From Ruditapes philippinarum (taxonomy: Eukaryota): 64,000 bases of DNA. Position 1 is the stretch's first letter, and the number at the start of each line of letters is the position of its first letter. The stretch spans positions 310,001 through 374,000 of the forward strand of contig NW_026852163.1 of NCBI RefSeq assembly GCF_026571515.1, given 5' to 3'. The notes under the pieces are model-generated. The model searched no databases, had not been told where the DNA came from, and saw nothing but the letters and a program-made list of their open reading frames with translations. Of the stretch, positions 62,604-64,000 are shown piece by piece. The position numbers and the translations under genes were made by a program.

Positions 62604-62672
62604 GTAAGTTAAAGTAATGAGTTGTTTAAAAAAAACTAAATTTTGTTTGTGTTTGAATGACATTAAAACCAA

Positions 62673-63031
62673 GCATGTCTGTTTTTTTTCCCCATATAAA
62701 TAAACGGTTGTTGACTTACTGTTAAAGCATGCACATTGAAGCATGACTCTTACGTAACCCCTTCAATGTTGATTATATGTAATGAACTTTAAGTTTAAGG
62801 GATTTTAATGTAAAAAAATAAAATAAAATGAGTAATAACTACATAATATAGTCTTGGCATGCTGAACTGTAGCATGCCTAAAGACCTTATAAGAAAATAC
62901 TGACAATGTTATAAATGCATGACTGGGTGGTTTGAATTTAAACAAGTTTGATCCATTCTTAAGCAGTTTTTAAATATATACTGACTGATTATTTATTGTA
63001 ATAAGATGAATTATACTATATAGTATGCATG
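62673..63031 (+). promoter_or_regulatory. Intronic cluster of seven (T)GCATG RBFOX-type splicing elements
   Basis: GCATG at 62673, 62727, 62741, 62857, 62872, 62917 and 63027, lying between the two candidate microexons. Confidence 0.55.
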
Positions 63032-63230
63032 CAGTTCCCTCCCTTTGTTTTTGTAACCCCATCTTTGTTGTTACTAAAAAAATGTAGGCCATACCATCAA
63101 GCCTTGATTAAAGAAAACTGTACATAAAATTTAAGCTATATAATTATTATTGTGAAAATATTAGAAAGTTAAAATGTTAAATAAGGTAACAGTAAGTTTA
63201 CCAAGTGTTAAAGTACAATTTGACTTGCAG

Positions 63231-63263
63231 GAAGCACAGTCTGATGGAGGTCAACAAGAGCCT
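63231..63263 (+). CDS. Candidate 33-nt microexon (EAQSDGGQQEP), phase 0/0
   Basis: tttgacttgcag|gaagca...gagcct|gtatgt; frame-preserving. Confidence 0.55.
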
Positions 63264-63316
63264 GTATGTTGTATTGTTTAAATAGATGTTCAATAGTTGG
63301 TCTAGATTATCATACT

Positions 63317-63479
63317 AACCTGGGAAATCCCTCAAGATTATTTTAAAATCAGATTGTGGACCAGTCTATAAATGATGCTCTGTCATTGGTCAATTTCATA
63401 TTTTGAATCGGGTTCATCCAATCAGAAGCTTAAGATTTTAGACTGGTCTGCAATTTGAAGTTTATTAATTTTCAGGGTT
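63317..63479. mobile_element. Degenerate palindromic MITE
   Basis: cagattgtggaccagtcta / tagactggtctgcaatttg inverted repeat. Confidence 0.55.
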
Positions 63480-63845
63480 TGATTACAAAGCTTGAAATCA
63501 TAAACAGTGTTTGAGAAGAAACTGCATTATTTACACAAGAGTTACATTCTTTAACACTTAAACATAATAGAAGGGGAAAAACCCACAAGAATTGAGAATA
63601 GAATATAATTAAATTAACTGACTAAAGGTACCGATGGAATTTTGATGCTTTTACATGTAAAGGACAACTCAATTTGTTTGTGATTTCAAGCTTTCATTTA
63701 AATTCTAATCTTTCATATTTAAGCTTTTTTTGAAGGAAAAAAAAATTCTGTACATGTGTGAACAGTTAAACATCATTCTCTGTGTGACTTTCCATTCTTG
63801 ACAACCAATATTAGTGTGTGGATTTCTTTTCTCTGTTCTTTAAAG

Positions 63846-63887
63846 GATGCTGATGTTTCAAATAAAACTTCTACTACATTAATTTAG
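63846..63887 (+). CDS. Candidate terminal coding exon (DADVSNKTSTTLI*)
   Basis: Strong pyrimidine tract tttcttttctctgttctttaaag|; phase 0; TAG at 63885-63887. Confidence 0.4.
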   Translation, partial: DADVSNKTSTTLI

Positions 63888-64000
63888 TACATTACTTACA
63901 AAATCATCCTTAAACCTTGCTCTTACCTTCTGTTTTGTTGTTGTTGTTTTTTTTGCCTTTGATATTTGAAACAGTTTCTGTTCATTGTCTACCTACAAAT

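Noticed and set aside
63542-63595. LHSLTLK... as the next exon
   Set aside because: Poor acceptor context, an early stop and no supporting signals.

Overview
AT-rich eukaryotic genomic DNA, probably from a bivalve mollusc judging by its repeat families (inference). Almost the whole window lies inside one large + strand spliced gene. I joined 19 GT-AG exons by hand (5838..61889, 4475 nt, ~1,490 aa); they keep one open frame across every junction. The C-terminal coiled-coil (IYLAANTVTNLENKVQ...LGQLENEVAQTVAHVVSTEKQVKKIEGDVSKL) closely resembles the C-terminal region of the MYRIP/melanophilin (Slac2) Rab27 effectors, but this protein also carries two tandem titin-like I-set Ig domains. The expected N-terminal Rab-binding domain is not in the window. 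Other notable features are candidate alternative first coding exons in phase with the gene (17410..17470; 37941..37995 with a GC donor), two candidate frame-preserving microexons (15 and 33 nt) bracketing a dense (T)GCATG RBFOX-motif cluster, and a candidate short terminal exon. The introns hold four Helentron/HINE-like satellite-carrying elements, several tRNA-derived SINE families, Sola-like and Kolobok-like MITEs and minisatellites. No prokaryotic system, CRISPR array, rRNA or true tRNA gene is evident, and most short ORFs in the track are spurious.
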